A stretch of DNA of 64,000 nucleotides from an uncultured Gemmatimonadales bacterium (GTDB lineage Bacteria; Gemmatimonadota; Gemmatimonadetes; Longimicrobiales; Longimicrobiaceae): positions 1,088,001 to 1,152,000 of the forward strand of contig OY970303.1 in assembly GCA_963716255.1 (NCBI GenBank). The letters run 5' to 3'. Each line of letters starts with the position of its first letter. Positions within the stretch are counted from its first letter, which is position 1. The translations under genes were made by a program, and so were the position numbers. Shown in pieces: positions 1 to 63,600 of this stretch. The notes beneath the pieces are model-generated. The model had not been told where the DNA came from. It worked only from the letters and a program-made list of their open reading frames with translations, and made no database searches.

Positions 1-83
1 ATAACGACATCCGGAAGCTCGTCCATGAGCGCCTGTCGATCAGCAAGCCGGCGGGAGCGCGTCTACAGCTCCAGCAGCCGTGC

Positions 84-112
84 TTGCAGCCGGCGCGCGG
101 CGCCCCTATGCT
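84..112 (+). promoter_or_regulatory. putative sigma70-type promoter for the amine oxidase gene
   Basis: TTGCAG (84-89), 17-nt spacer, TATGCT (107-112), ~90 nt upstream of ATG 201. Confidence 0.5.
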
Positions 113-200
113 TGCGCGCGCCGGAATGGGCTTATCCGCCCGCGGCTTTTGTCCTCCGTGGGCGCTTCCACGTCCAACTTCGTCGAGAGATGCAGCCCCG

Positions 201-2183
201 ATGAGCCGAGCCCCGATCCGAGCGCGCCGCCTCCGCTCCCGTCCGCTTCCTTTCCTCGCGGTCTTCCTCCTCCTCGGCTTCGCCGCCGGATCCCTGGCGG
301 CCCAGGTCCGGCATCCGCTGGACCCGCTCACGGCGGAGGAGATCACGGCCGCGGCCGGCATCCTCCGGGCCTCGCCGCAGTTCCCGAGGGGCGCGGCCTT
401 CTCGACCATCGTGCTCCGGGAGCCGGACAAGGACGCCGTGCTCGGCTTCCGCCCGGACGCGCCCGCCGCGCGGCAGGCCTTCGCCGTGGTCCTGGACCGC
501 AGGGGCAACCGCACTTTCGAGGCGGACGTCGACCTGGAAGCGCGGCGCCTGGTCTCGTGGCGGACCGTGGAGGGGGTGCAGCCGCTGGTGATGGCGATCG
601 AGTACGAGGAGCTCCCCGGCATCGTCAAGGCGGACCCCCGCTGGCGGGCGGCGATGCGCAGGCGCGGCATCCGCGACCTCGACGAGGTGCAGATCGACGG
701 CTGGGCGGTGGGGGAGGTCCCGCCGGCGCACCGGGGGAAGCGCCTGCTGCGCGCCCTCGCCTACCTCAAGGGCGGCTCCGTCAACTTCTACGGACGCCCC
801 GTCGAGGGCGTGGTGGCGCTCGTCGACATGAGCGCCGGGCGGGTCCTGGAGGTGGAGGACACCGGCGTCGTGCCGGTCGCGCCCGCGAGCCAGGAGCTGG
901 ACGAGCGCTCCACGGGGACGCGGGAGGCGCCGAAGCCGCTCGTCGTGCGGCAGCCGGAGGGAGCCGGCTTCCAGGTGGACGGGCAGGAGATCCGCTGGCA
1001 GAAGTGGCGCTTCCGCTACACCATGCACCCGCGCGAAGGGCTGGTGCTGCACACGGTGGGATACGAGGACGAGGGGCGCGTGCGCCCCATCCTCTACCGC
1101 GGGTCGCTTTCGGAGATGGTCGTGCCCTACGGCGATCCGGCGGCGGGGTGGCGCTGGCGGAGCGCGTTCGACGTGGGGGAGTACAGCGTCGGGCGGCTCG
1201 CCAGCCCCATCGAGCCCGGGACGGACGCGCCGGAGAACGCCACGCTCCTCGACGCCACCTTCGCCGGCGACGACGGCGAGCCCTACGTCCTGGAGCGCGC
1301 CGTGGGAATCTACGAGCGGGACGGGGGGCTGCTCTGGAAGCACTTCGAGAGCTATTCCGGCCGCAACGAGTCCAGGCGCGCGCGCCAGCTCGTCGTGTTC
1401 TTCATCGCCACCATCGGGAACTACGACTACGCCGTCAACTGGATCTTCCACCAGGACGGCGTGCTGGAAGTGGACGCCGCCCTTACCGGGATCATGCTGC
1501 CCAGGGGCGTGGCCGAAGCGCGGGCGGACGGACACGGGGCCGGCTCCGCCACCGGCCACCTGGTGGCGCCGTACGTCGCCGCGCCGCACCACCAGCACTT
1601 CTTCAGCTTCCGGCTGGACCTGGACGTGGATGGTCCGGGCAACTCCGTCCACGAGATGAACACGCGCGCCATTCCCGCCGGACCCGACAACCCGCTTCTC
1701 GCCGGGATGGCGATGGAGGAGACGCTGCTGGGGACCGAGCGGGCGGCGGGCCGCCGCATGGACATGCAGTCGGCGCGGACGTGGGCGGTGCACAGCGCCT
1801 CGGCGCGCAACGCGCTGGGGCAGCCCACGGGCTACGTCCTGGTGCCGGGGACGAACGCGCTCCCGTACGCCGCGCCGGAATCGCCGGTGCGGCGGCGCGC
1901 CGGCTTCATCGACAACCACTTCTGGGCGACGCGCTACCACCCGGACGAGATGAGCGCCGCCGGGGCCTATCCCAACCAGAGCCCAGGCGGCGACGGCCTG
2001 CCCAGGTGGGTCGCCGACGACGAGCCGATCGCGGGCCGGGACGTGGTCGTGTGGTACACGCTGGGCACCACTCACATCCCCCGCCCCGAAGAGTGGCCCG
2101 TGATGCCGGTGGCCCACGTCGGCTTCCGGCTGGTGCCGGCCGGCTTCTTCGCCCGCAACCCGGCGCTGGACGTGCCCCGGTAG
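201..2183 (+). CDS. tynA: copper-containing (TPQ) primary amine oxidase, probably exported
   Basis: HPLDPLT start of mature region; catalytic Asp region AFDVGEY; TPQ consensus TIGNYDY; Cu ligands PHHQHFFSFRLDLDVDG and THIPRPEEWPVMP. ATG 201 gives a basic-hydrophobic-AxA signal peptide (MSRAPIRARRLRSRPLPFLAVFLLLGFAAGSLAA); the ORF track extends it to 84. Confidence 0.92.
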   Translation: MSRAPIRARRLRSRPLPFLAVFLLLGFAAGSLAAQVRHPLDPLTAEEITAAAGILRASPQFPRGAAFSTIVLREPDKDAVLGFRPDAPAARQAFAVVLDRRGNRTFEADVDLEARRLVSWRTVEGVQPLVMAIEYEELPGIVKADPRWRAAMRRRGIRDLDEVQIDGWAVGEVPPAHRGKRLLRALAYLKGGSVNFYGRPVEGVVALVDMSAGRVLEVEDTGVVPVAPASQELDERSTGTREAPKPLVVRQPEGAGFQVDGQEIRWQKWRFRYTMHPREGLVLHTVGYEDEGRVRPILYRGSLSEMVVPYGDPAAGWRWRSAFDVGEYSVGRLASPIEPGTDAPENATLLDATFAGDDGEPYVLERAVGIYERDGGLLWKHFESYSGRNESRRARQLVVFFIATIGNYDYAVNWIFHQDGVLEVDAALTGIMLPRGVAEARADGHGAGSATGHLVAPYVAAPHHQHFFSFRLDLDVDGPGNSVHEMNTRAIPAGPDNPLLAGMAMEETLLGTERAAGRRMDMQSARTWAVHSASARNALGQPTGYVLVPGTNALPYAAPESPVRRRAGFIDNHFWATRYHPDEMSAAGAYPNQSPGGDGLPRWVADDEPIAGRDVVVWYTLGTTHIPRPEEWPVMPVAHVGFRLVPAGFFARNPALDVPR

Positions 2184-2451
2184 GCGCTTTCCGCAGACAA
2201 GACTGCGCGGCGCGAGGGGCACGCCCGCGGCATTTCCGCCGATCGCCCCCGGGGACCCCGCCGCCCGCCGAGCCCTGCCGGGTCCGCCACGAGAACGTGA
2301 CGCTGCACATGGAAGCCGCCAAACGTTGACGAGTGGCGCCAGGCAGAACATCTTCGACGTCGTGCCGGCACGAGCCCGCACACCACGGCCGGGCGACGCC
2401 TTGCGGACCGCGAAGGGGACGAGATGACCAGGACGTCGAGGGAAACGATCG

Positions 2452-3678
2452 ATGAGCGGTGAGATGGGTTCCGCCGCTGCGCGACCGACCACGCTGAAAG
2501 GCCTGACGGAAGCATACACGGACCCCCACGGCCTTTACGACACGCTGCGGGAGCGCGACCGGATCAGCTTCGACCCGGCGAGCCGCTGCTGGCTGGTGAC
2601 CGGGCACGAGGCGACCCGGAAGGTGCTTTCCGACACTCGCTTCGTCTCCGACCCCGTGGTCACTGCGCCGCAGCCGCGCCGGAGCCCCCGCCGCTCGTTC
2701 ATCACGGATTCGGTCCAGAAGCAGGTCATCTTCACCGACGGCCCCAGGCAGACCGCGGCGCGAAAGGCCGTGCTCGTGGAGCTCGCCCGCCGCTCGGACT
2801 CCCTCCTCGAGCCGCTGGATGCCGCGGCGCGGGCGCTGGCGGAGCGCGCCCGCGAACGGCGGGAGGTGGACCTGCTGGGGGAGTTCGCCGTCCCCTACTC
2901 GATGGAGGCGATCTCGATGATCATGGGGCTCCCCGTCGGGGACCCGGAGGAGATGGCCCGGCTGGAGCGCTGGTCCACCACGTTCGCCAACGTGACCAGC
3001 GGATACCTGCAGGTGGACATGCAGGAGATCTCCCTGCTGGGCGAGTACTTTCGCGCCCAGGTGGCCGCTCGGCAGGGAACCCCCTCCGACGACCTGATCG
3101 GCGCGCTCCTGCGCGACGGAGGGCTGGAAGACGAGGAGGACGTCGTCATCCAGTGCATGATGGCGTTCGCCGCGGGGCGGGTCACCACGCAGAAGCTTCT
3201 CGGGAGCGGGATCCCGCTCCTCGTTCCGGCATGGAGCGTGTGGCGGGAGCAGGTCCGGACAGCCCCGGCGTCCGCCCGCCGACTCACCGAAGAGCTCCTC
3301 CGCGTGGTGACGCCCACCCGCTACGTGGCCCGCTTCGCGGCCGACGATGTCCGCTTCGAGGGCGGCGAGGACGACGCACCCACCATACGGCGCGGGGAAA
3401 AGGTGATCCTCTTCCTGGAGGCGGCCAACCGCGATCCGCAGGCATTCCCCGCCCCCCACGTCCTCAAGGCCGACCGCCAGCCGAACCCGCATCTCGCCTT
3501 CGGCTCCGGGTCGCACCGCTGCCCCGGGGCCGCGGTCGCCCGCATCGAGGTCCAGGCAGCGCTGCAGGCACTGCTGGAAACGCTGACGACGCTTCGCCAG
3601 CACCCCTCGCGCCCGCCCACCTGGGAGCGGAACCCCAACCTGGGGGGCTACGCCTCGTTTCACTGCCTCTGCGGCTAG
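2452..3678 (+). CDS. cytochrome P450
   Basis: Heme motif HLAFGSGSHRCPG (Cys at 3520-3522), K-helix EELLR, AANRDP, SDDLIGALL; I-helix reads AAGRVTT; alternative start ATG 2464. Confidence 0.95.
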   Translation: MSGEMGSAAARPTTLKGLTEAYTDPHGLYDTLRERDRISFDPASRCWLVTGHEATRKVLSDTRFVSDPVVTAPQPRRSPRRSFITDSVQKQVIFTDGPRQTAARKAVLVELARRSDSLLEPLDAAARALAERARERREVDLLGEFAVPYSMEAISMIMGLPVGDPEEMARLERWSTTFANVTSGYLQVDMQEISLLGEYFRAQVAARQGTPSDDLIGALLRDGGLEDEEDVVIQCMMAFAAGRVTTQKLLGSGIPLLVPAWSVWREQVRTAPASARRLTEELLRVVTPTRYVARFAADDVRFEGGEDDAPTIRRGEKVILFLEAANRDPQAFPAPHVLKADRQPNPHLAFGSGSHRCPGAAVARIEVQAALQALLETLTTLRQHPSRPPTWERNPNLGGYASFHCLCG

Positions 3679-3704
3679 GGCTGGCCCGCGGTGCGAAAAC
3701 GCAG

Positions 3705-3735
3705 GCGGCAGCCCCGGTGGAACCGGGGCTGCCGC
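3705..3735. terminator. hairpin between the convergent P450 and radical SAM genes (likely terminator)
   Basis: Perfect 14-bp stem GCGGCAGCCCCGGT / ACCGGGGCTGCCGC with GGA loop; short T tract follows on the - strand. Confidence 0.7.
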
Positions 3736-3789
3736 TCGTCGTCCGCTCGCGGACGGGTGGGCCGACGCCGCCGGGAGCGGCGGCGGCGA

Positions 3790-5709
3790 TCAGGCGATCG
3801 CGGTGAGCTCGAGCTCCTCCACCGGCACGCCGGCCGGCTTGGCCGGCGGCACGACCAGGCTGAGGTAGCGCTCCCCCTCGTGGAAGACGAGCCCATGCTC
3901 GAGGAGCCAGGCGAGCTCCGTTTCGACCTGCACGTCCTCCAGCTCCTTTTCCAGGTTCACGAGCTTCTTCGGGGTTGCGAGCGCCGCCAGCAGGCGGCAG
4001 GCATCGTCGGAGATCCGGTACTCCACGGCCGAGCCGGACCGCGAGTCGTACACGGTGGTGGCCCCGCCCCGATCCGACAGGTACAGCCTGGGCCGGTACT
4101 CCTGCCGCGCCCACAGGCTCGCCCACCTCTCGTACTTCTCCCGCAGGCGCCCGATCATGCGTCCCACGTTGGCCTGGTACTGCGCACCGTAGTTCGTGTC
4201 CGCGAAGTAGTACGCCAGGTCCGTCAGCGCCTCCTGCGCGAACGGGTAGGTCATGGGGTAGTAGTCGAGGGGCTTGAGGTTCAGCCCGTACGCATCCCGC
4301 TCGTCGAAGTAGGGGCTGAACCGGTCGAAGCGGACCGGGTGCACGCCTCCCGGCGGCGTGAGGTGGTAGAGGAGCGGCATGTCCTCGAGGTACTTCTCGT
4401 AGATGTCGATCTCCTCGCCCGGGAAGCCGATGAGCAGGTTCCACGCCGGGTAGATGCCGTAGCGTACGGAGTTGATGAGGAACTGCAGGTTCTGGAACAC
4501 CGACGTACCCTTGCGCATCCGCTTGAGCGTCGACGTGTTGAGCGCCTCGATCCCGGGCTGGATGGAAAGCACCCGCGCCTTGGCGAGCACCCGGAAGTCC
4601 TCCTCCGAGAGATCGGCCTTGACCTCGTAGAACAGCTCCATGGTGGGCGGAGTGTCCAGGTAGGGGAGGACGTCGGTCAGGTAGCTCTTGGGAAGGATGT
4701 TGTCGACGCTCTGCAGGTGGGTGACCCGCCCGGCGTGCTGGAAGAGCGAGTTGAGCAACTGGAAGGCGAGATCCGGCTTCATCGAGCGGTAGTTCATCGT
4801 GGTGCCGTTCAGGCCACAGAACGTGCAGTGGGCCCGCTCTCCCCACCAGCATCCGCGAGAAGTCTCGAACATCAGGTACGGCTGCATGGCGCCGGGGAAG
4901 TTGGACTCGTAGTCGTCCAGGAACCGGTCGTAGTCCAGCGCCACGGGCTCGTTGATGTCCAGCTCCTCGCCGAAGGAGCGCACCGCGTCCAGGCCTCCCA
5001 TCTCCACCAGCCCGCCGCTGGAGCAGCCGGCGGACTGGACCCGGTTGCGGCGCGAGAAGACGCCGTCGATCCTGTGGCATCCCGCCTCGTCGCCCTCCAT
5101 CCGGCAGCGGATCAGCTCGGGGAAGCTCTTCAGCGCCGGCCCGGAAAAGACGAAGTCCACCACGTCCAGGTTGTCCACCAGTACCCGCCCCATGGGCGCC
5201 TCGCAGTTGGCGCCGCCCATCACGATCACCACGTCCGGGTTGCGCGCCCTGATGAGCCGCGCCATGGCCATCGTCGCCACGTTCTGCGAGAACATGGTGG
5301 TGAACCCCACCATGTCCACGCGGTCCAGCCCGTAGCGGTCGATCATCTCGTTGAAATGCCGCTCCACCCCGTGCCGCTTCTGGTCGACGGCCGCCTTCAG
5401 CATCCGGTTCCGAGGGTCGTGCAGCGGATAGTACCGCTGGAAGTACTCGTCGGAAGTGTCCGGCGCGTCGGGGAACGCAACCTCGCGGAAGAACCACTCG
5501 CCGAGCCCGCTGGCGTGGTGCGTGAACGAGTTGAGCTCCGCGTAGGCGGGCAGGCCCAGGTACAGCGCGAACTGCTGGTTGAGGTAGTGGATGTCGACAG
5601 CGACGCGTCCCCCGAACCTCTTCTCCACCACCGAGCGGAGCTGCGTCAGCGCGACGGAGGGAAGGTGCAGGTTACCCAACGGCATGTTCACGAGGGCGAT
5701 CTTGTACAT
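3790..5709 (-). CDS. cobalamin-dependent (class B) radical SAM enzyme, RiPP-maturation C-methyltransferase family (TIGR03975 / PoyB-PoyC-like)
   Basis: N-terminal ALVNMP..PSVAL; B12-binding segment VGFTTMFSQN...IVMGGANC; ETSRGCWWGERAHCTFCGLN (CX7CX2C, 4816-4851); FYEVKADL, IQPGIEAL, WNLLIGFPGE, RFDRFSPYF. ATG 5709 has GAGGA upstream (ORF track start 5721). Confidence 0.88.
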   Translation of the reverse strand: MYKIALVNMPLGNLHLPSVALTQLRSVVEKRFGGRVAVDIHYLNQQFALYLGLPAYAELNSFTHHASGLGEWFFREVAFPDAPDTSDEYFQRYYPLHDPRNRMLKAAVDQKRHGVERHFNEMIDRYGLDRVDMVGFTTMFSQNVATMAMARLIRARNPDVVIVMGGANCEAPMGRVLVDNLDVVDFVFSGPALKSFPELIRCRMEGDEAGCHRIDGVFSRRNRVQSAGCSSGGLVEMGGLDAVRSFGEELDINEPVALDYDRFLDDYESNFPGAMQPYLMFETSRGCWWGERAHCTFCGLNGTTMNYRSMKPDLAFQLLNSLFQHAGRVTHLQSVDNILPKSYLTDVLPYLDTPPTMELFYEVKADLSEEDFRVLAKARVLSIQPGIEALNTSTLKRMRKGTSVFQNLQFLINSVRYGIYPAWNLLIGFPGEEIDIYEKYLEDMPLLYHLTPPGGVHPVRFDRFSPYFDERDAYGLNLKPLDYYPMTYPFAQEALTDLAYYFADTNYGAQYQANVGRMIGRLREKYERWASLWARQEYRPRLYLSDRGGATTVYDSRSGSAVEYRISDDACRLLAALATPKKLVNLEKELEDVQVETELAWLLEHGLVFHEGERYLSLVVPPAKPAGVPVEELELTAIA

Positions 5710-5839
5710 GGGCGTCCTCATCCTGAAGGAAAGTTCTCGCCCCCTCTAGGCGCTGCACGGGCTGACGGCGCCAGGAGCACCCGGCGAGGAGATCGGCGTC
5801 TTCCTGGAGGTAAACAAGAGTTGCGAGCGTGGCATCGGC

Positions 5840-5868
5840 AATCTATAACTGTCTGTTAGTCGGCGCAA
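5840..5868 (-). promoter_or_regulatory. putative sigma70-type promoter for the radical SAM gene
   Basis: On the - strand: TTGCGC (5868-5863), 17 nt, TAGATT (5845-5840), in an AT-enriched intergenic stretch. Confidence 0.45.
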
Positions 5869-6004
5869 CTTTTGTGTCTCGCCTGTCAACTACCCTTGAC
5901 GGATGCCCGATTTCCTCCTGTAGACCTTCGCGCCCACCACCGGATGCCGGTCATCTATTTACTAGACCGGAGTCTTGCGATATCTATAGGTCAAACTCCA
6001 CCGC

Positions 6005-6061
6005 CTGGAGAGGATCCACAACGGTTTCCGGTGATGCCGCGATACCCCGGATCCTCTCCAG
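6005..6061. repeat. perfect 13-bp inverted repeat in the NRPS leader
   Basis: CTGGAGAGGATCC (6005-6017) / GGATCCTCTCCAG (6049-6061), 31-nt spacer. Confidence 0.85.
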
Positions 6062-6190
6062 TCACACCCGTGCCGTGACGTCCACCGGAGCGTGGGCGGG
6101 CGGCGCAGGAGAACGCGGAGGGCCGGACCTGAGCCACCGCTGGAGAACGCCTGTCCGAGCAGCCAGAGAACCGCGAGAGACCCCGTCGAC

Positions 6191-50689
<44,499 letters not shown>

Positions 50690-50744
50690 AAAGGGTAAAC
50701 GCAGGATTGCATAGCGACGGCGACACTCACGAAAACGACCATCC

Positions 50745-60512
<9,768 letters not shown>

Positions 60513-60548
60513 CGGTCCGGACCGCGGCCGCGCGGCCCACGAAAGAGC

Positions 60549-60579
60549 ACGGGGCCGGAGATCTCCTCTCCGGCCCCGT
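60549..60579. terminator. hairpin between convergent NRPS genes (likely bidirectional terminator)
   Basis: Perfect 13-bp stem ACGGGGCCGGAGA / TCTCCGGCCCCGT with 5-nt loop; no strong U tract. Confidence 0.72.
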
Positions 60580-60605
60580 CCATTATCCGCGGCGGCTGTG
60601 CGGGC

Positions 60606-63600
60606 CTATCCGAGCGCCCGCTCGATCTCGCGTGCGAGCGCCGCTGCGTGCGGCTCGCGCAGCATGCTGTAGTGGGTCCCCGGGACCGCGAGCACCTCCA
60701 CCCCGCCCGTCGCCACGCGCTCCCAGCCGAAGGTCCGGCTCCGGAACAGCCGCTGGGACAGCGTGCGCTTGCGGGCGCGCAGCAGGACGATGCGCCCGCC
60801 GTAGCTCCCGGGCCGGTAATCCTGCATGGCCTGCACGTTGATCTTGAAGACGCCGTACAGGTGCTGCATGCGCGCCAGGTCCAGGGCCTCGGGGACCAGG
60901 CCCGCTAGCCGGGCCGCGACCAGCACCTCGCGCAGGTACGCCACCTCGTCGGCGTCGCCCTGCTCCTCCTCCGGCAGGGGAAGGCGGTCGCCCGGGAGCC
61001 CCAGGTCCTCCGCGAACCTCCTCACCTGCTGGAGGGCGCTGCTCCGCGCGGGCCCGTCCGGATCGTCCAGCCGGGGGCTGCGGGAATCGATGAGGAGAAG
61101 CGGCTCCACCGTTTCGCCCGCCGCTTCCAGCTGCCGCGCCATCTCGAAGGCGATCACGCCGCCCAGCGACCACCCGCCCAGCCGGTACGGCCCGGAAGGC
61201 GCCACCTCGCGGATCGCGGCCAGGTAGTCGCGGGCCATCTCCTCCACGGTCCAGTTGGGCGTCTCGTCGTACTCGATGCCGCGCGAGCGCAGGCCGAACA
61301 CCGGCTGCTCGGCGTCGAGCTCCTTCACCAGCCCGACGTATGCCATGAGGTTCCCGCCGCCCGGGTGCACCAGGAAGAGCGGCGCGCGCCCCCTCCCGAA
61401 GCGCATGGGGACGAGCAGCGGCGTCCCGCCCCCGCCACGGCGTACCTCCTCGGCCAGCAGCTCCACGGTGGGCGCCCTGAAGAGCGACGCCATCGGGATT
61501 CGCACCCCCAGGGCCTTTTCCAGCCTGGACATGAGCTGCACCGCCAGGAGCGAGTGCCCGCCCAGGTCGAAGAAGCTGTCCCGCAAACCCACGGCCGGGA
61601 CGTTCAGCACCTCGCCGAAGATCTCGGTGATCGCCATCTCCAGCTCGTCGCGCGGCGCCCCGTCTCCTTCGCCGCCGCCCGTCCACGTCGGCGCGGGGAG
61701 GGCGCGGCGGTCCGTCTTCCCGCTCGGAGTGCGCGGGATCACCTCCAGCACCACCAGCGCCGAGGGCACCATGTATTCCGGCAGCTGCCGGCCCGCGTAT
61801 GCCCGCAGCTCCGCCGGGTCGGCCGCGGCACCCCCGGCCGGAGTGACGTACGCGACGATGCGCCCGTCGCCCGATGCGTCCTTCCGTACCACCACGACCG
61901 CCTCCTCGACGGTTTGGTGACCCCGAAGCACGACCTCGATCTCCCCCAGCTCGATGCGGAAGCCGCGCACCTTGACCTGCTCGTCCAGGCGTCCCAGGTA
62001 GTCCAGCTCGCCCGTGGCCAGCCAGCGCACCCGGTCGCCGCTGCGGTACATCCGCGCCCCCGCCTCCCGGCAGAACGGGTCCGGCGTGAAGCGCTCGGCC
62101 GTGGCCTCGGGCCGTCCGAGGTAGCCCCGCGCCACCCCCGCGCCGCCGATCCACAGCTCCCCCGGCACGCCGACGGGCGCCGGCTCCAGCGTGGGCTCCA
62201 GCACGTAGGTGCGCATGTTCGCAATCGGCCCGCCGATGGAGAGCACCCCCTCGCCCACGCGGCTCATCGTGGCGGTGATGGTGGCCTCCGTGGGCCCGTA
62301 TGCGTTGACCAGCTCCACGGTGTCGCCCACGAGGCGGCGCCACTGCGCCACCCGCTCCGGGAGCATCCGCTCGCCACCGACGGCAGCCAGGCGCACGCAC
62401 CCGGGCAGGCGCGCCTCCCCACGATCCAGCGCCGCCGCAAGCTCGTGCCAGTACGCCGCGGGCACCTCCAGCACGGTGATGCCCCACTCCTCGCACCGCT
62501 CGAAGAATCTCGCCGCGCTTCCAACCATCTCGTCGTCACGCAGCACCAGCGCCGCCCCGGCCAGCAGCGTGATGAAGATCTCCTCGACCGAGACGTCGAA
62601 GCTCAGCGAATGGAACTGGATCACCCGGTCCCGGGCAGTGAGCCGGTAGAAGTCGCGCGCCGCGTACGTGTAGTTGACCACGGAGCGGTGCTGCACCCCC
62701 ACGCCCTTGGGCTGCCCCGTCGAGCCCGAGGTGTAGATGACGTACGCCAGGTTGTCCGGCGCCGCACCGCTCTCGGCCGCCTCGGCAGGCTCCACGGCCA
62801 GCTCGGCCTGGAGGGCGTCGAGCGCGAGCAAGGGCACACCACCGGTGGCGAAGCTCGCCGCCAGGTGAGTCTGCGTCAGCACGAGGGCGGCGCCGGAGTC
62901 GGCGAGCACGTACGCGGCGTGATCGACGGGATAGGCCGGGTCCAGCGGGACGTAGGCACCGCCGGCCTTGAGGACGCCGAGGACGGCCAGAACCATCCCG
63001 GGGCCCCGCTCCAGGCTGATAGCGACGCGTGTCTCGGGTCCGACGCCGTGGCGGCGCAGCAGGCGGGACAGGCGGTTGGAGCCGGCGTCCAGCTCGGCAT
63101 AGGTGAGGGCCTGCCCCTCGAAGACCAGGGCGGGCGCGTCGGGGGTGCGGCCGGCCTGCGCGGCGAAGAGATCGTGCAGGCGGAGGTCGCGCGGGTACGC
63201 CCGGGCGGTGGCGTTCCACGCGTCCAGCACCTGCACCCGCTCCGCCGCGCTCAGCAGCGACAGCTCGGCGACGCGCCGCCCGGGGTCGGCGGCCATGGCC
63301 TCCAGCAGCGTCACCAGGTGCTCCGCCATGCGCTCCATGGTCCCGGCGTCGAACAGCGCCCGCCGGTAGACGAGCGCCCCGCCCAGGGCCCCGCCGCCGT
63401 CGGTGAACACCAGGTCCAGGTCGAACTTGGCGATGGGGTCGGCGCCGTCGAACGGCTCGATGCGGAGGCCGCCCAGCTCCAGCCGGTCGCTGCTCCCGTA
63501 GGGGAGGTTCAGGGTGAAGATCGTCTGGAAGACGGGTGAATGCGTGAGGCTGCGCTCCACGCCCAGCTCCTCCACCAGGCGGTCGAACGGCAGCTCCTGG

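Larger units (their letters stand above)
5722..6190. promoter_or_regulatory. divergent control region between radical SAM and giant NRPS
   Basis: Intergenic and visibly lower GC; palindromes GTCAA-N6-TTGAC (5885-5900) and CCGGTC-N12-GACCGG (5947-5970); 13-bp inverted repeat at 6005-6061. Confidence 0.6.

Noticed and set aside
1..26. Possible start of a divergent gene on the - strand (MDELPDVV...)
   Set aside because: Only 8 codons in the window; cannot be supported
2424..2462. 12-codon ORF MTRTSRETIDER with a purine-rich SD just before the P450, considered as a P450-RiPP precursor
   Set aside because: No aromatic residues for biarylitide/cittilin-type crosslinking; too short to distinguish from chance
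2452..3678. Glycopeptide-type Oxy crosslinking role for the P450
   Set aside because: No X domain before the TE and no clearly aromatic-specific A domains in the visible modules
80..5859. Overlapping ORFs 80-2329 +, 132-2519 -, 1906-3663 -, 3464-5497 -, 3691-5859 +
   Set aside because: They overlap the well-supported amine oxidase, P450 and rSAM genes and are Arg/Gly/Pro-rich without motifs
5885..5895. GTCAACTACCC, resembling the start of IS200/IS605-IscB (HEARO-type) element ends
   Set aside because: Only 11 nt match, with no following end hairpin and no tnpA/tnpB/iscB ORF
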